Both the position numbers and the translations under genes were made by a program. From assembly GCA_038087875.1 (NCBI GenBank), contig CM075980.1:26846001-26910000 (forward strand): DNA of 64,000 bases, given 5' to 3'. The notes under the pieces are model-generated. The model was not told where the DNA came from and did not search any database. It worked only from the letters and a program-made list of their open reading frames with translations. The DNA is from Malacoraja senta (Eukaryota). Shown here piece after piece: positions 1 through 12,049 of this stretch (positions are counted from its first letter, which is position 1; every line of letters begins with the position of its first letter).

Positions 1-2688
1 ATGTATACGGAACCTCGTCATAACAAGCGCAAGCGCGCATCCTGCAGTCACTGCACACAATGTGCTCACCAGTATGCAGATACATAATGCACACAAATGT
101 ACAAATGTGTGCACAGTTTACACAATAAAGACATAGTGGTGTGCGTGAACAGATTCACACTTGTATAGAATACATTCAGAGTAGACACTAGTATCGTACA
201 TCTCCTGCATACTCTATCTCATACAGACAGGCCTGCTCACATACTCCCTTTCCCACCACTCCCCAACCCCCTCCCCGCTCACACACACGTGCTACAAATG
301 CAGACAAGCAATTATTACGGTTTGAAATCAATTAAAAAAAAACAGTCAAGGTCATACCAAATGGAGAATCGTTTCTTTGGCACTATCCACGTGTGTCTGG
401 AGAACCGTGCTGACACCATTCTCAGCTTTAACCGAGGAGAGGCGGCGGTGAGCATAACTTCACACCGGCATCAAAAGTGTGCGAACACGCACACGTGTGT
501 GGCCTGAGTGGAATCCGATTCATACATATGTCACAACAAGGAACTGCAAATACAGGCTCATACCAAAGAGAGACACAATATGCTGTAAAACACAGCGGGC
601 AAGCAGCATCTCTGAATGAGATGGCTAGGTGGACCACATATGCCTCACCATTTTGGAAATCAAACTGAAAACAATAAACCCTGAGTCAACATTTGTCTTT
701 TATTTTCGTTTTATGTTGATAGGGAACACGCTGCGCCTTTCCACCTGTGGTTCTTTTAAATTGGAATATTAGACTTTGAACAGTTAATAACTTGGAGCAG
801 GTAAGTATTTCCCCCCAGACCAAAACATTATCAGATCATTAATGTCTTTGTATTAAGGTGCCCAATCATGGGTCTCTCCCTAACTACATGGTGCAAAAGG
901 ATTTACATAAATTTGCAGATTAAAGTTCAGGTGGGTGTTGGTTTACTGAAATACCAAAGCCCCTAACAGAAATCGGCCATTAAAAGGTTGGGGTTCCCTC
1001 TGCAAACTGGGGGTCAGATCATTTAAACGACACTTGGATAATGTACATATGAGTCATTAGTCTTTGTAAAGCTTATCGCATATTCCCTTTTCATGCACAC
1101 CATTGGGGTTCATTTGATTGATGGCTCATTGGCGATAAACCCAACACGGTTAAAGACTTAGAATGAATGCGTCCAACGGGAAAGTGGATTGCAAAGATTC
1201 TGGAGGAAATTACACTTAAATATTAAATATACGTCATGTGAAGAAATATCAGTAGAACGATTATGTTAATGGTGACAACACAGCGCTGTTGGCAGTTGGC
1301 CTCTGTACTGTTTCTTTAAATTAAACAGGCGTCTTATTCTGCACTGTGACTAAAAATTACATTCATAATGGGCATCCATATTATTTCAATTCTCCCCCAA
1401 AAATATTATTAGTTATATATGACGCCAGTGAAATAGAACTGTGGAAACAAAAACTGATAAGATCGGAAGAGTAAACTTGTCGCGGTCGCTCATATGATTA
1501 TTTCTCAGGAGAAACCCTTTAGCCGCGCTATTTAAACCTCTTACTGGGGGAGATGGTTTAATTAACCGTCAATTCTGCCCTTCGCCACCTTTTAACTGTT
1601 TTTTTCTGTTTTATTAAGGTCGGGTAACCAAAAATGTGCTTTAGGTAAGCTGACTGAATGAGATCTCAGCAATTTGCGTTCAATTTCTGAGCTGACCCAA
1701 CACTTAAGACAATTTAATGATTCGTACAATAGATGCAAGATGAAAACTTTGAATTAATTTGTTGGAATCGCAATACATAATGAGCACGGCAAGTAGGATT
1801 TTTAAACCAACTCCAATATAAACCCGTTTTTGTCAACGCACATTTGTGCGGTCTTGCATCTTGTAAAATACCATGAAAGCTGAGGGCAAGTTGTGAGCAA
1901 TTTATAAAGGATAGCAGTTAAACCATTCCGATCACAAATATATTGGCATGTGAATATATTTAATGTCACAAGGTTATGCATTAGCATCACGCTGAATTAT
2001 TGCTTATTCTCATTGGTTTCGTTCTGACAAGGCAGGCAGTGAAGTCATGAGAAGGGATTGAGGACACTCTTGCTGTCTTCGAGACAGTGAGTATTATAAT
2101 AGATTGTAAAATAGCGGCTTTGCTGGATATATTTTCAAGGGTTTAATTTCGAATTTTATAATCAACATTCACTGCACTATATCCAGCAACTTTGTGCATT
2201 CAAGCTACGTGTTTTAATGATAGATTAAACATCAAATCTATTCAGTTCTACCCATTGCATGCTTTGCCTGAAGTAAGGCAGCGATTCTATCATCTGCTCT
2301 GGCCGGCAGCCACGAACCCCAGTTGCTATATTCTATGTTGGATGCTGTCTTACAGTGAACGAGCACATACTTATGGACAATCTTATCACCCAGTGCAGTT
2401 AACAGAGCAATATTCAGAATAAAGCACTCCTGAAATAAAGTTTTCTGTTCACTCTTTGTAAAAAAGGGATATTTATTCAAGTTTTACTTTTTAACATCAA
2501 TGGTGACAATTTTACAGTTAATTAAAGAAATTTAGAAAGATGTCACACGGGAGTGTCTGGGGATGGTGGGATGCGAACTAACTACCCAAAGCACTAAAAG
2601 TGATTGTCATCATCGATGCCAGATTCTTTCTCTATGACTGATGGAAAGATGGATTGTCGGATGATGGCGGGTGGAAACTAAAACGATC

Positions 2689-2694
2689 TTTATT
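2689..2694 (-). terminator. Candidate LHX5 polyadenylation signal AATAAA (a second one at 2472-2477)
   Basis: TTTATT on the plus strand about 430 and 650 nt past the stop codon; which one is used cannot be read from sequence. Confidence 0.5.
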
Positions 2695-3125
2695 CACATC
2701 GACAACAGAATCAGTAACTCTATTAATATCCAGTGCCTTCGTCCCACACTTACTGCGGAGCCGGGCTCTCAGCGGGACGCTTCTCTGCCACTGCGCGTCC
2801 CGGGCGCGCCGCCGACGTGCGCGCCACCAAACTAAGCGTGCGCGCCACCAGCTTCCTCGCCTCTCGCTTTGAGGTCACTTGCATGAGATGGTGTTGGCAA
2901 TAGGTCATCTCACCTCTGCCTCTGCGGGGAAGGGAGGGGAGGGGGTAGGTAGGGGAAGGGAGGGGGGAGGGGTGGAGGAGGGTTTTGGGGGGGGGGGTCC
3001 GGGAAGGGATGGGATGGTTTTTAGCAGAGGGTTTCAAAGAGCAGAAAGTTGACTAACCCAATGCCAGCGTGGGGCGGGTCTCCCCACTTGTCTGTGGAGT
3101 GGATTCACTGTGGGGCCGATCCGCT

Positions 3126-3511
3126 TTACCAGACCGCAGTCTCGTTCATCTCCTGATTCGGATGTGAAAGCGGGCCGCTGTAACCACTGTTACTCGACAT
3201 GGAGAAAGGCGGACTGGGTCCTCCGCTGAACACTTCTCCCGGGATCGGGTGCAGAGGTCCAGTCATACCTGGCTCTGGGCTGGGAGTGTCGGGGTGGGAT
3301 ATCATGTCCGTATACCTTTGGTTTTCGCTGCCACCGATAGTGGGAGGGTGGTGGGCGGATAGGGGAGGCTCGAGTACTCCGAGTGAGGTCGCTCCGGGTC
3401 CTGAGGACTGCATGTAGCCAGAATCTGCCGGGGAATGTGCTTGCGAAGACGGGGGGCCGTGCGGGAAAAAGTCATAGTTTGTAGCCGGGCCATAGTAATC
3501 TCCTTGATATT
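3126..3511 (-). CDS. LHX5: LHX5 coding exon 5
   Basis: Acceptor ttttccttctgatgcag|AA; [30 protein letters not shown]...[12 protein letters not shown] then TAA. Confidence 0.96.
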
Positions 3512-6500
3512 CTGCATCAGAAGGAAAATAAAGTAGTTTAGCTTTGCAACGAAACTCCAACTGATTTCACGTAACATTAAAAAAAATGCAGTTGGGAGTC
3601 TTTCTCGCCCACCCCACCGACCATTGTAACTTTTAAATCGAAGAGATGGTGTCTGAAATGTAATTTGAGTTCTGCTCAAAATATTACCAGCAGTTAAAAT
3701 ACAGCGGTTTACATAGTTGTCTGGTGATGGCTTGGTGGACCTCATCCATCAAACCGACAACTAAATCCCACTCACTGAACTCTCAGGAGTGTGAGTCCAT
3801 GCTGTAACTTGCAAATGCAGCTCAAATGTATGACGCTGACTTTTATTTAATAACACTTTGCAACAAGCCTTAAATGTCCGGTTTAGGGCCGTCCAAGTGA
3901 ACCCTACTTTGTAAACAATTTCTGGATAACATCCTTAGGGGTGGGGAAAAACGACATCGTTTGTATCTTCTAGGGTTTTCTAATCCTAAAGTCAATACAG
4001 TATTGTTCCTTTCCTGTCTCCTCGTTCTACACAGTGTGAACACACATGATTTGTGATTTCTTGGGTCATTATTTATAATGATCACTTTAACCAGTTTTCT
4101 TGACCTTACAGTGGCGTTAGTCAATTGACTTCCACCTGACAAATGAAATGTTGTTTCCTATGCTAGAAAGGCTGATTGCTAAAGCAAACATTAATACTAA
4201 CATATGCAACATTTGTATGAATACCTTTAGATGGAACAATGACTTTTTTAGTAAATATCTGAAGACGTCAATTTAAGCGCCAATGACCAAAGGAATATGT
4301 CGTGGTTACATAATGTCTAAAATAAAACATATACTAAGGTAAACAAGGTATTAGTCCATGTGTCCTCGCTGTCTGTTTATCTAGAAGATTACTTCGTGTG
4401 CATGATACGATAGTATAGTTTCCAAATGGATAATGTTTAATATACCGGTAATTCATAATTTCAATTTGAAACTTGTTGAACGTATGTTGTTGTTCTTAGA
4501 GCTGCGATTTTGATACCCTACCAGTTTGCTGAAAGTTTATAAACAAATCAAGGAAACATACTAAGGTGTGTATTTTATAATGGTCAGTACTCTCCATGCT
4601 AAAAAAGCATGCCTAGCCAAAAATATTATTTCTTTTGTATATCTACGAGACATTGTGTGTTGCAATAAGGGTTTGATCCTAAGTAAAGGCGGCGCAGTGG
4701 CGCAGCTGGTAGAACTACTGCTTCACAACGCCAGTTTGTGTGGAGTTTGCATGTTCTCCCTATAACCACATGGGGTTCCTCCGGGTGCTCCGGTCCACCC
4801 CCACACATTCCAATGATGTGCGGGTTAGTGGGTTAATTGGCCGCTGCAAATTGCCCCTAGTGTGTAAGTGAATGGTAGAATCCGGGGGAATTGATACCAT
4901 AATGGAGAGAATGAAGTGGGATTAGATTAGTGTAGGATTAGAGTAAATTGGTGGTTGACGATCAGTGTGGGTTTGGTGGGCCAAGGGGCCTGTTTCAATG
5001 CCAATCTACAATTCGGATTGACAAAGTGAAGTCAACGCGAAGTCAATCCAAAGCCTCTAGTTTGCTGAAAATAATGAGACTGGCGCAGTGTCGAGAAATG
5101 ATAGTGCGCCGATTCTTTGTTGTAATAGCTATTTAAAATATATATATATTCCACAACATCCCACCAAATTTATAACAAAATGTATAAAAAACAAAAAGAT
5201 CGGTTTCAAGTAAGGTGTTGCAATTAGTAGAAGCATCAATAAAATATGACTGCTGTGATTTTTTGGAAAGGTCTTTCTATTATTATATCTATTAACGTTA
5301 CAGCGTTAACTTGTTGCCTTAACTGCGCTGCCGCCGTCAAAACTGAACTCACCATATTTAGTGGCGACGGACAGATTTGGGAACTTCTGCAGTACACTTA
5401 AAAATAGGTATTGAGGGTGAAATTATTGGGTTTCTTTGGCCAAATGGTTAATTTGGTGAGGGTGCTGTTTTGAAATCAGGAAGCAGAAGGCCGCGGCAAA
5501 CGGCAAATAGCGGAGTCGTGGCGCTCTGCAAGCGACCCTCCATATGCTCGAAGGGTTCGGGGTAATTGGAACAAATCCTGGGTGAATAAGCGACAAAAGA
5601 CTGCAGCTGTAGCTTTGTTCGCGGAAACACAAGAGAAAGTGCAGGCTGAATGGGTTAGGCTTCTCTTCAAAAAGACAGCTTCATCACAATGCCGAGCTTT
5701 ATCGGGCGTAACTTGGCCAGCGCCGGAGCGGAATATCTTACAGAAGGATGGGTGGGGAGGGAGAGGGGAGGGGAGGGAGGGGAGGGGATTAAAGAGCTCA
5801 ACAGGCTGCGATCATTCTTTCAATACCCGTGCAGATGCCACAAAACGAGTAGGAAAGGCATAGCAACCGGGCACCTTAACTTGGACGCTCGCAAGGTAAA
5901 GTAGGCGGCTATCAAATGAACACTTGGCTTACATCTAGAGTGGCTCGGACGGCTCGCAAAAATAAATGAAAGCGTCTCAGCGAAACGTTTAGACAATTAT
6001 TGTGGGTTACAAAAATAAAATGTTCACGTCTACCTCCCCTTCACTCGCGGTGAAAGTAGGGTGGACATGACACAAAACAGATGACTCATATAATGCACCG
6101 TGACTAACGCACATCCTATCTGTCCTACCCCGCCCCTCCAAAAAAAAGTGATAAGTGCATTATTTTAAGACTCGGAAACTATTACATTTTGCAGGGAAAA
6201 ATAATCTGCTCCCCCTTTTTTTATAATCTCTTAGAAATTGGTTCCACGCGAAATGTAATTTGGAGATAGAGCAATCTTATATTCAGACAAGTGCCTCATC
6301 TAATGAAGTAAATGGGCCCACTTTTGCAGCCGGGTTATACAAGGACCCGTCCAACGTGGTTAATAGTTGATGTTCTGATTGCAATTGGGAGCAGAGTGGC
6401 ACAGCTGGTAGAGCTGCTGCCTCCTAGCGCCAGAGACCCGGGTTCGATCCTGATCTTGGTTGCTGTCTGCATGTGTTTGCATGTTCTCCCAGTGACCGTT

Positions 6501-7588
6501 TGGGAGTCCTCCGGGTGCTCCGGTTTCCTCCCGCATCCCAAAGACGTGCGAATTTGTAGGTTTACCGGCACCCTGTAAATTGCCCCGAGAGTGTAGGGAG
6601 TGGATACGAAAGTGGGATGACATAGCACTAGTATGAACAGGTGATCGATGGTCGGCATGGACTCGGTGGGCCGAAGAAAGGTCTCGACCCGAAACGTCAT
6701 CTGGTAGACAAAAAATGCTGGAGAAACTCAGCGGGTGCAGCAGCATCTATGAAGCGAAGGAAAATATTCCCTTTCTCCAGAAATGCTACCTGACCCGCTG
6801 GGTTACTCCAGCATTTTGTGTCTATCCTCAGTGGGCCGAAGGGCCTGTTTTCCTGCTGTATCTTTCAATCAATTCAATCAGGCAAACAAAAGTAGGAGCT
6901 TCTGGCAACTTAAGAGTGCACATTTCTCAAGCTATCTCAGTGAAGTGGGAGGAAATAGTAACATTATAGTGTTAGGGGAATAAAACAGTGCTGGTATTCT
7001 TCTTTGGTTGGTGTGTGGGCTGGTGTGGATGTGTGTGAGTGAGTGTGTATGTGTCTGGGTATGTCTGGGTGTGTCTGGATGTGTCTGTGTGTGTGGGTGT
7101 GAGTGAGTGTGTGTGGACGAGTGTGTGGGTGAGNNNNNNNNNNNNNNNNNNNNNNNNNNNNNNNNNNNNNNNNNNNNNNNNNNNNNNNNNNNNNNNNNNN
7201 NNNNNNNNNNNNNNNNNNNNNNNNNNNNNNNNNNNNNNNNNNNNNNNNNNNNNNNNNNNNNNNNNNNNNNNNNNNNNNGTGAGTGTGTGTGTGGGCGAGT
7301 GTGTGGGGGTGAGTGTGTGAGTGTGTGTGCATGTGAGTGTGGGTGTGTGTGGGTGGGGAGTGTATGGATGGGAGTGTGTGTGGGTGAGTGGGTGTGTGTG
7401 AGTGGGTGTGTAGGCAAGTGTATGTGAGTGTGTGGGTGAGTGTGTGTGGGCGAGTGTGTGTGTTAGTGTATGTGGGTATGGGGGTGAGTGTGTGTGTGTT
7501 GGAGTGTGGGTGTGCGTGGGTGTGTATTTGTGGGTGTGGGAGTGTGTCAGCATGTTGGGAGTGTGTGTGTGTGTGTGTTGGTGTGTAT

Positions 7589-7633
<45 letters not shown>

Positions 7634-10600
7634 TGTGTGGGTGTGTAAGGTGTGTGTGTGGATGAGTAGGTGTGTGNNNNNNNNNNNNNNNNNNNNNNNN
7701 NNNNNNNNNNNNNNNNNNNNNNNNNNNNNNNNNNNNNNNNNNNNNNNNNNNNNNNNNNNNNNNNNNNNNNNNNNNNNNNNNNNNNNNNNNNNNNNNNNNN
7801 NNNNNNNNNNNNNNNNNNNNNNNNNNNNNTACGGAGCAGACCCCATCATCTCTGACTCGTCCAAGCGCCCTCCCAAAGGGCGCATGCGCCTGGGACTTCG
7901 GAAGAAAGCGTGCCGCCTCGCACCCAGAGCGCTCAACTGCTTCATCCTCCGCTCCTTAGATCTTCTGTTCTGAAACCAGACCTGGCAAAACAATGGCCCG
8001 TGCTTTAGTGGAAATACAGGAAATAAATCACACCTACCCACGCGAATACTGAACCCCCGGCCCAAAGAAACCGCGTTATATCTGTTGATGTAACTAGTCC
8101 CCCCCCCCCCCCCCTTGTAATGAAGATATTGCAACCTTAATATGGAATGGTCAAAATGTGCGACGTGTTTTCCTTAAGCAATAATGCCTTAATACTTTGA
8201 GGGTCGTAGTAACATCGTACCCGTAGCATCGTTGGACAGGCCGGGTAGATTGACGTTAAAGGGGGAAATGGGTGTGATTAGGGACAATGTAGGGCCGCGT
8301 TGAGTGTACATGTTTAGGGTAGGACAAAGCAGCTGGCTGGTTGCACGGATGTGGTCCTGCCAGGAAACTCTAGTAGGGAAGACCCGTCGTGTGCCCACAC
8401 TCTCACGGCCGTGCCCGTACACGCCACGCCTTTCTCCATGCAATTCAAAGTTAAACACGTATTCATGAAATAGCAGCGGTCCGCTGTCTATAATCATTGG
8501 CGTCGCTTCGAAATATCTGAGCCTCAATTTAATACAAAAGTAATATAATATATATCTGCGCGCACACATAAAAGATGAATGCAAAATATACAATTTTCCA
8601 CCGCATCCTTTCTTGATTTAGAGCACGAGCTCATCAAAATTAACTGGGAGTGGTGTATGGATGAAGAGAATCTGAGTTTATAGAGGCAAGTGGTACCTGA
8701 ATAACCCGCATGTTGAGGCCTGTTTCCTGAGCAAGCTGCTCCCGTATGTGTCGCGTCGGCTTCGGGGTGGCGGCGAAAGCGGCTTTCAATGTTTCTAACT
8801 GTTTGGCTTTAATTGTGGTGCGCGGGCCCCTCCTCTTGGTGCCGGTGCTCTGCTCCTCATTCTCGTTATTCTGCGTCTCTTTGTCTGACGAGGTTGAGTT
8901 GTCCGTTTCTTTTGTATCGTCTATACTCTGATCCTGGATATCAGGCGATAAGCTCCGGTCTGTACACGAAGATACTGCAAGACAAAACCGGCTTTTTTTG
9001 TTATCAACCCGACCGAGGAAGGATTCAGTGAAAACCGTTGACAAGATTACAGCATTAAACCATTGAAAATTACTCGCCGGTTCGCACGAGAAGGGAAATT
9101 GTGTCAAATACAGAAAATACGAAGTAATGATTCAAATCATTCGCCAAATTTAAAACATGCTTCTAATAGAAAATGCACCCTTACAATTTTCCGAATCGAG
9201 TTCTGGTTTTCTAGTTTCATGCCATAAACCCTTTAAATCTCCCATTCAATCTTAATGGTATGTTATTCTCATTTATTTTTTATATAATCCAGTTAAACAT
9301 TTTCAGTAATAACAGAATCCCCGAATACAGCCTAAAATGTTTAAAATATGTAATATTTGTAAAATGCAGTGGGCTGATTTAAATTACATTAAAACCAAGG
9401 AGATAATTCCGAAGAGTGACAATTTTAAGGTCATAAATCATCTCAAAATCTTCTAGTGTATTGACGTCCAGAAATCAAACGCGCGGGATGTGGCCAAAGA
9501 GTTTGAAGAAATGAGGACGATTGTATGAAGGGTTTTTTCCAGCACAGATTCAAGAAGGAGGGGGGAAAGGGGGAGATACTTTAATACGTCTTGAATTAGC
9601 GACATCCCATAAGGAAGAAACACAACGACAACGACAACAACAAAAAAACAATTCCCGCCCACCACAAGCACTAACAATTGGCTTTATTTAACAGCCGCGC
9701 CGTCTTCGGGCCTTACCTGAATTTAAGTTGGTGTCTTTAAGACTGCTAGTGCTCATATAATCTTCTTTGCACACAAATTTGTTTTCGTCGATGATATATA
9801 GTTCCTCGCCAGTCGACAGTTGTTTGTTACAAACCATACAAGTAAAACAGTTGAGATGAAATACTTTATTTCTTGCTTTTCTTACGAGGTCACTTGGAGA
9901 AATCCCTTGATAACATCCCGCACATTTCGTACCAAACCGCCTGTGAACAGAAAACGGGGGACATGTAAAGATATACCACCTCTAGAGTCCAATAAGCCTT
10001 TACCACCTCATTGCGATATGTGTGCAATTAGGACAGTCACGAGGCCCTTATATAATTATAAATAGTCATCTGAGTCTGATTGACCAGGTTTGCTCCTTTC
10101 GCAAGACGCTAATTCCATTTCGGGCGGTATGTGTCATGAAGAATGTTCGCGTCTACATTTAAATTAAATCCACACTCACTTGTGTTGGTCCATGATTGCA
10201 ATGGAAGCATCTTACAGTTTTAAGATTACAAAATATGTAAGGTGGAAATTTGAATATATGTTAATATTGTGAATAATTAATTAGAGTGGAAAATGATAGC
10301 AATCCATCAGTGTAAACAGACCCAGAAGTTCTAACAAAAAATAGTTGGAAAATTAAGGCAAAAATGTTACCCTTGCGAGTATTAGATTTCATTAAAAAAC
10401 GCTGTATTGTAAGGGAGATGCATATACTCACGGTATCTCATATGAAATGAGAGGGAGAAAAATACTTCTGAACATTTTCCTCATTACTTAATTTAAGTTT
10501 AAGATTCTGTTGGGATAACTAGCATTTTAACAGGGAATGTCTCTGGGTCGGAACATTGCTGAAGATCCCGGGACAGGAGCTCGGTTCGAGGCCAACATCA

Positions 10601-11833
10601 TCCAAGCTCAGTCGCTGGAAGTCTAGAGCACCAAGAGTCATGCATCGCCCGACACAATTCCCAGCATTATTTCCGTGAACTCAATCCCACAGCTGCCGTG
10701 CCGACCGATTTTGGTGACAATGACGTTGATTTAGTAAAAGAATTAGAGATCATAAGTCATCTTTGTCTTATCCGCGGGGTGTAATTGGTTCATCTGCAGC
10801 TCAACAGACGCATTAAATACGTTTAAGTGTTGCTACATTAGGCATCTTAAAAGAATAGTCATATTGCTGAATAGTTTGTATTGGGAAGGAGTCGGGTAGA
10901 GAAAGGTTCCATTCTTCCCATGCAAATACACCTTACTTAGGCCCGGTATACACGTGCCACCTGCAGTTTGTAATCAGTTTTTAATACAATGCTTCGTTAT
11001 CTTATAAATAAGAATACATCTTCTGCGTTTGAATCACAACGCATACCAGTTCTTCTTTTGCTGATTTCTTCTCAAATCTTTAAAAGTTTCTAAACTTCGA
11101 CGAGGGCCGGGGTGGGGTGGGTGGAGGAGGAGAGGGGGAGGGAGGGGGGGGGGGGTAATCATGTACCCCTTCGATAATGAAATACACTAGATACTCTACA
11201 TTTGAAGTCCCCGTTTAAATATGTTTGGGATGTATGTATTAGAAGGGGCGCGGAAGTTTGAGTAGACCCGGAAACAATTAGACCTAGTTATACTAATTAT
11301 CAGATAGGCTGGGGATAATTGTTGTGGTGTTTATGTAAATTTTAAATTGCAGTATTATATTCCCACATTAACATCATTTGGGCTGTTCATTATTAAAGTC
11401 ACGGGCCTTTTCTAAATCCTATTGTAGGCCTGTACCAGAATCAAAATCATAACGCGAATATACTTACTGTTGCTGTTTAATTGTGTTTGAGTTATTTAAA
11501 CTTATCTCCACAAATACTCTATGTACAGACGAAACAATCCAAATGGCCAAACAACATTCGTCGGTCCGCTGCGTTTCATATTGTGGCACAAACTAGGCAG
11601 GCTGATGCTTTAAAAGAAAACCGTGTCGTTATAGAATGAGAACGGAACTTCATTTTAACTCACCTGAAGAAATCGTTTTTACAGTATAGCTTCCCTTCCC
11701 TGGAAAAGCATTTTTCAGTCAAATTACACTTGCATTCACAACACTGGACGCACTTCACGTGCCAGGCTCTGTCCAGCACATTTAAGAGAAACCTATCTAA
11801 AATAGGCCTCTCGCAACCAGCACAATGCACCAT
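3126..11833 (-). CDS. LHX5: LIM homeobox protein 5, five coding exons, about 407 aa
   Basis: Exons splice in frame with GT-AG sites (170+224+278+~166+386 nt): LIM1, LIM2, homeodomain and a C-terminus ending EMNETAVW. The linker [25 protein letters not shown] and post-homeodomain [12 protein letters not shown] match LHX5 rather than LHX1. Confidence 0.97.
4688..5010 (+). mobile_element. HE1-like V-SINE (B-box deleted), LHX5 intron 4
   Basis: tRNA head ggcgcagtggcgcagctggtaga, V-domain tggagtttgcatgttctccc..ccgggtgctccgg, tail gggccaaggggcctgtttc. Confidence 0.85.
6387..6878 (+). mobile_element. HE1-like V-SINE, interrupted by a Penelope insert
   Basis: A-box tggcacagctgg, B-box ggttcgatcc, V-domain and CR1-like tail. 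Confidence 0.9.
6677..6826. mobile_element. Penelope-terminus hairpin insert inside an HE1 SINE (LHX5 intron 4)
   Basis: ggtctcgacccgaaacgtc core plus inverted arm; 15-bp duplication ctc(g/a)gtgggccgaag at 6662-6676 and 6827-6841. Confidence 0.8.
7007..7676. repeat. Degenerate (GT)n microsatellite with internal gap 7134-7278
   Basis: Seen directly; it explains the spurious His/Thr and Val/Cys ORFs. Confidence 0.95.
7677..7829. other. Assembly gap covering the exon 4 donor (other gaps: 7134-7278, 16770-16914, ~52888-53086, 62566-62769)
   Basis: Runs of N. Confidence 0.99.
7830..7981 (-). CDS. LHX5: LHX5 coding exon 4 (3' end hidden in N-gap; expected to extend to about 7816)
   Basis: [50 protein letters not shown](Y); acceptor ttttgccag|. 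About 14 nt are missing by comparison with the recalled ortholog and the phase of exon 5. Confidence 0.95.
8697..8974 (-). CDS. LHX5: LHX5 coding exon 3 (linker and homeodomain helices 1-2)
   Basis: Lies within ORF 8640..9107: [11 protein letters not shown]...[47 protein letters not shown]; acceptor ttgcag|, donor CAG|gtacca. Confidence 0.96.
9717..9940 (-). CDS. LHX5: LHX5 coding exon 2 (LIM2)
   Basis: [74 protein letters not shown]; acceptor ttcacag|G, donor CAG|gtaagg. Confidence 0.97.
11664..11833 (-). CDS. LHX5: LHX5 coding exon 1 (LIM1)
   Basis: [56 protein letters not shown](R); start context ACGATGG; donor AG|gtgagt. Absent from the ORF track, translated by hand. Confidence 0.97.
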
Positions 11834-12049
11834 CGTGATTTGCTTCAGGGGCAGAATTTTGCTTTTCCTTTGGATAAAAAAAACGTAACTTCAAGTGACT
11901 GCAGATTGCACTTCAAAAATCCAGTTGCTCCGTTCAAGTTCCTCTTGTCAGATTCGCTGCTGCTACTTTCCTCCCCCTGACGAGGCTGGATGCCAGGGCT
12001 ACGGATTTTTCCTCCCTGAAGTTTGCCGGGGCTCGAAAATGCAAACAAA

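Noticed and set aside
6387-6455. tRNA genes at A/B-box sites
   Set aside because: Each continues into the V-SINE domain and LINE-like tail, so they are SINE heads.
6932-7700. His/Thr- and Val/Cys-rich ORFs
   Set aside because: These are translations of a GT microsatellite and N-runs.
7677-7830. LHX5 as a truncated pseudogene
   Set aside because: The break is an N-gap; all visible exons are intact and in phase.
10167-10174. FoxH1/Nodal response element in intron 1, by analogy to Lhx1
   Set aside because: I found only one full AATCCACA; a single 8-mer is expected by chance.
3126-11833. Calling the gene LHX1
   Set aside because: The linker, post-homeodomain and C-terminal sequences match LHX5 as I recall it; only the highly conserved LIM residues look LHX1-like.
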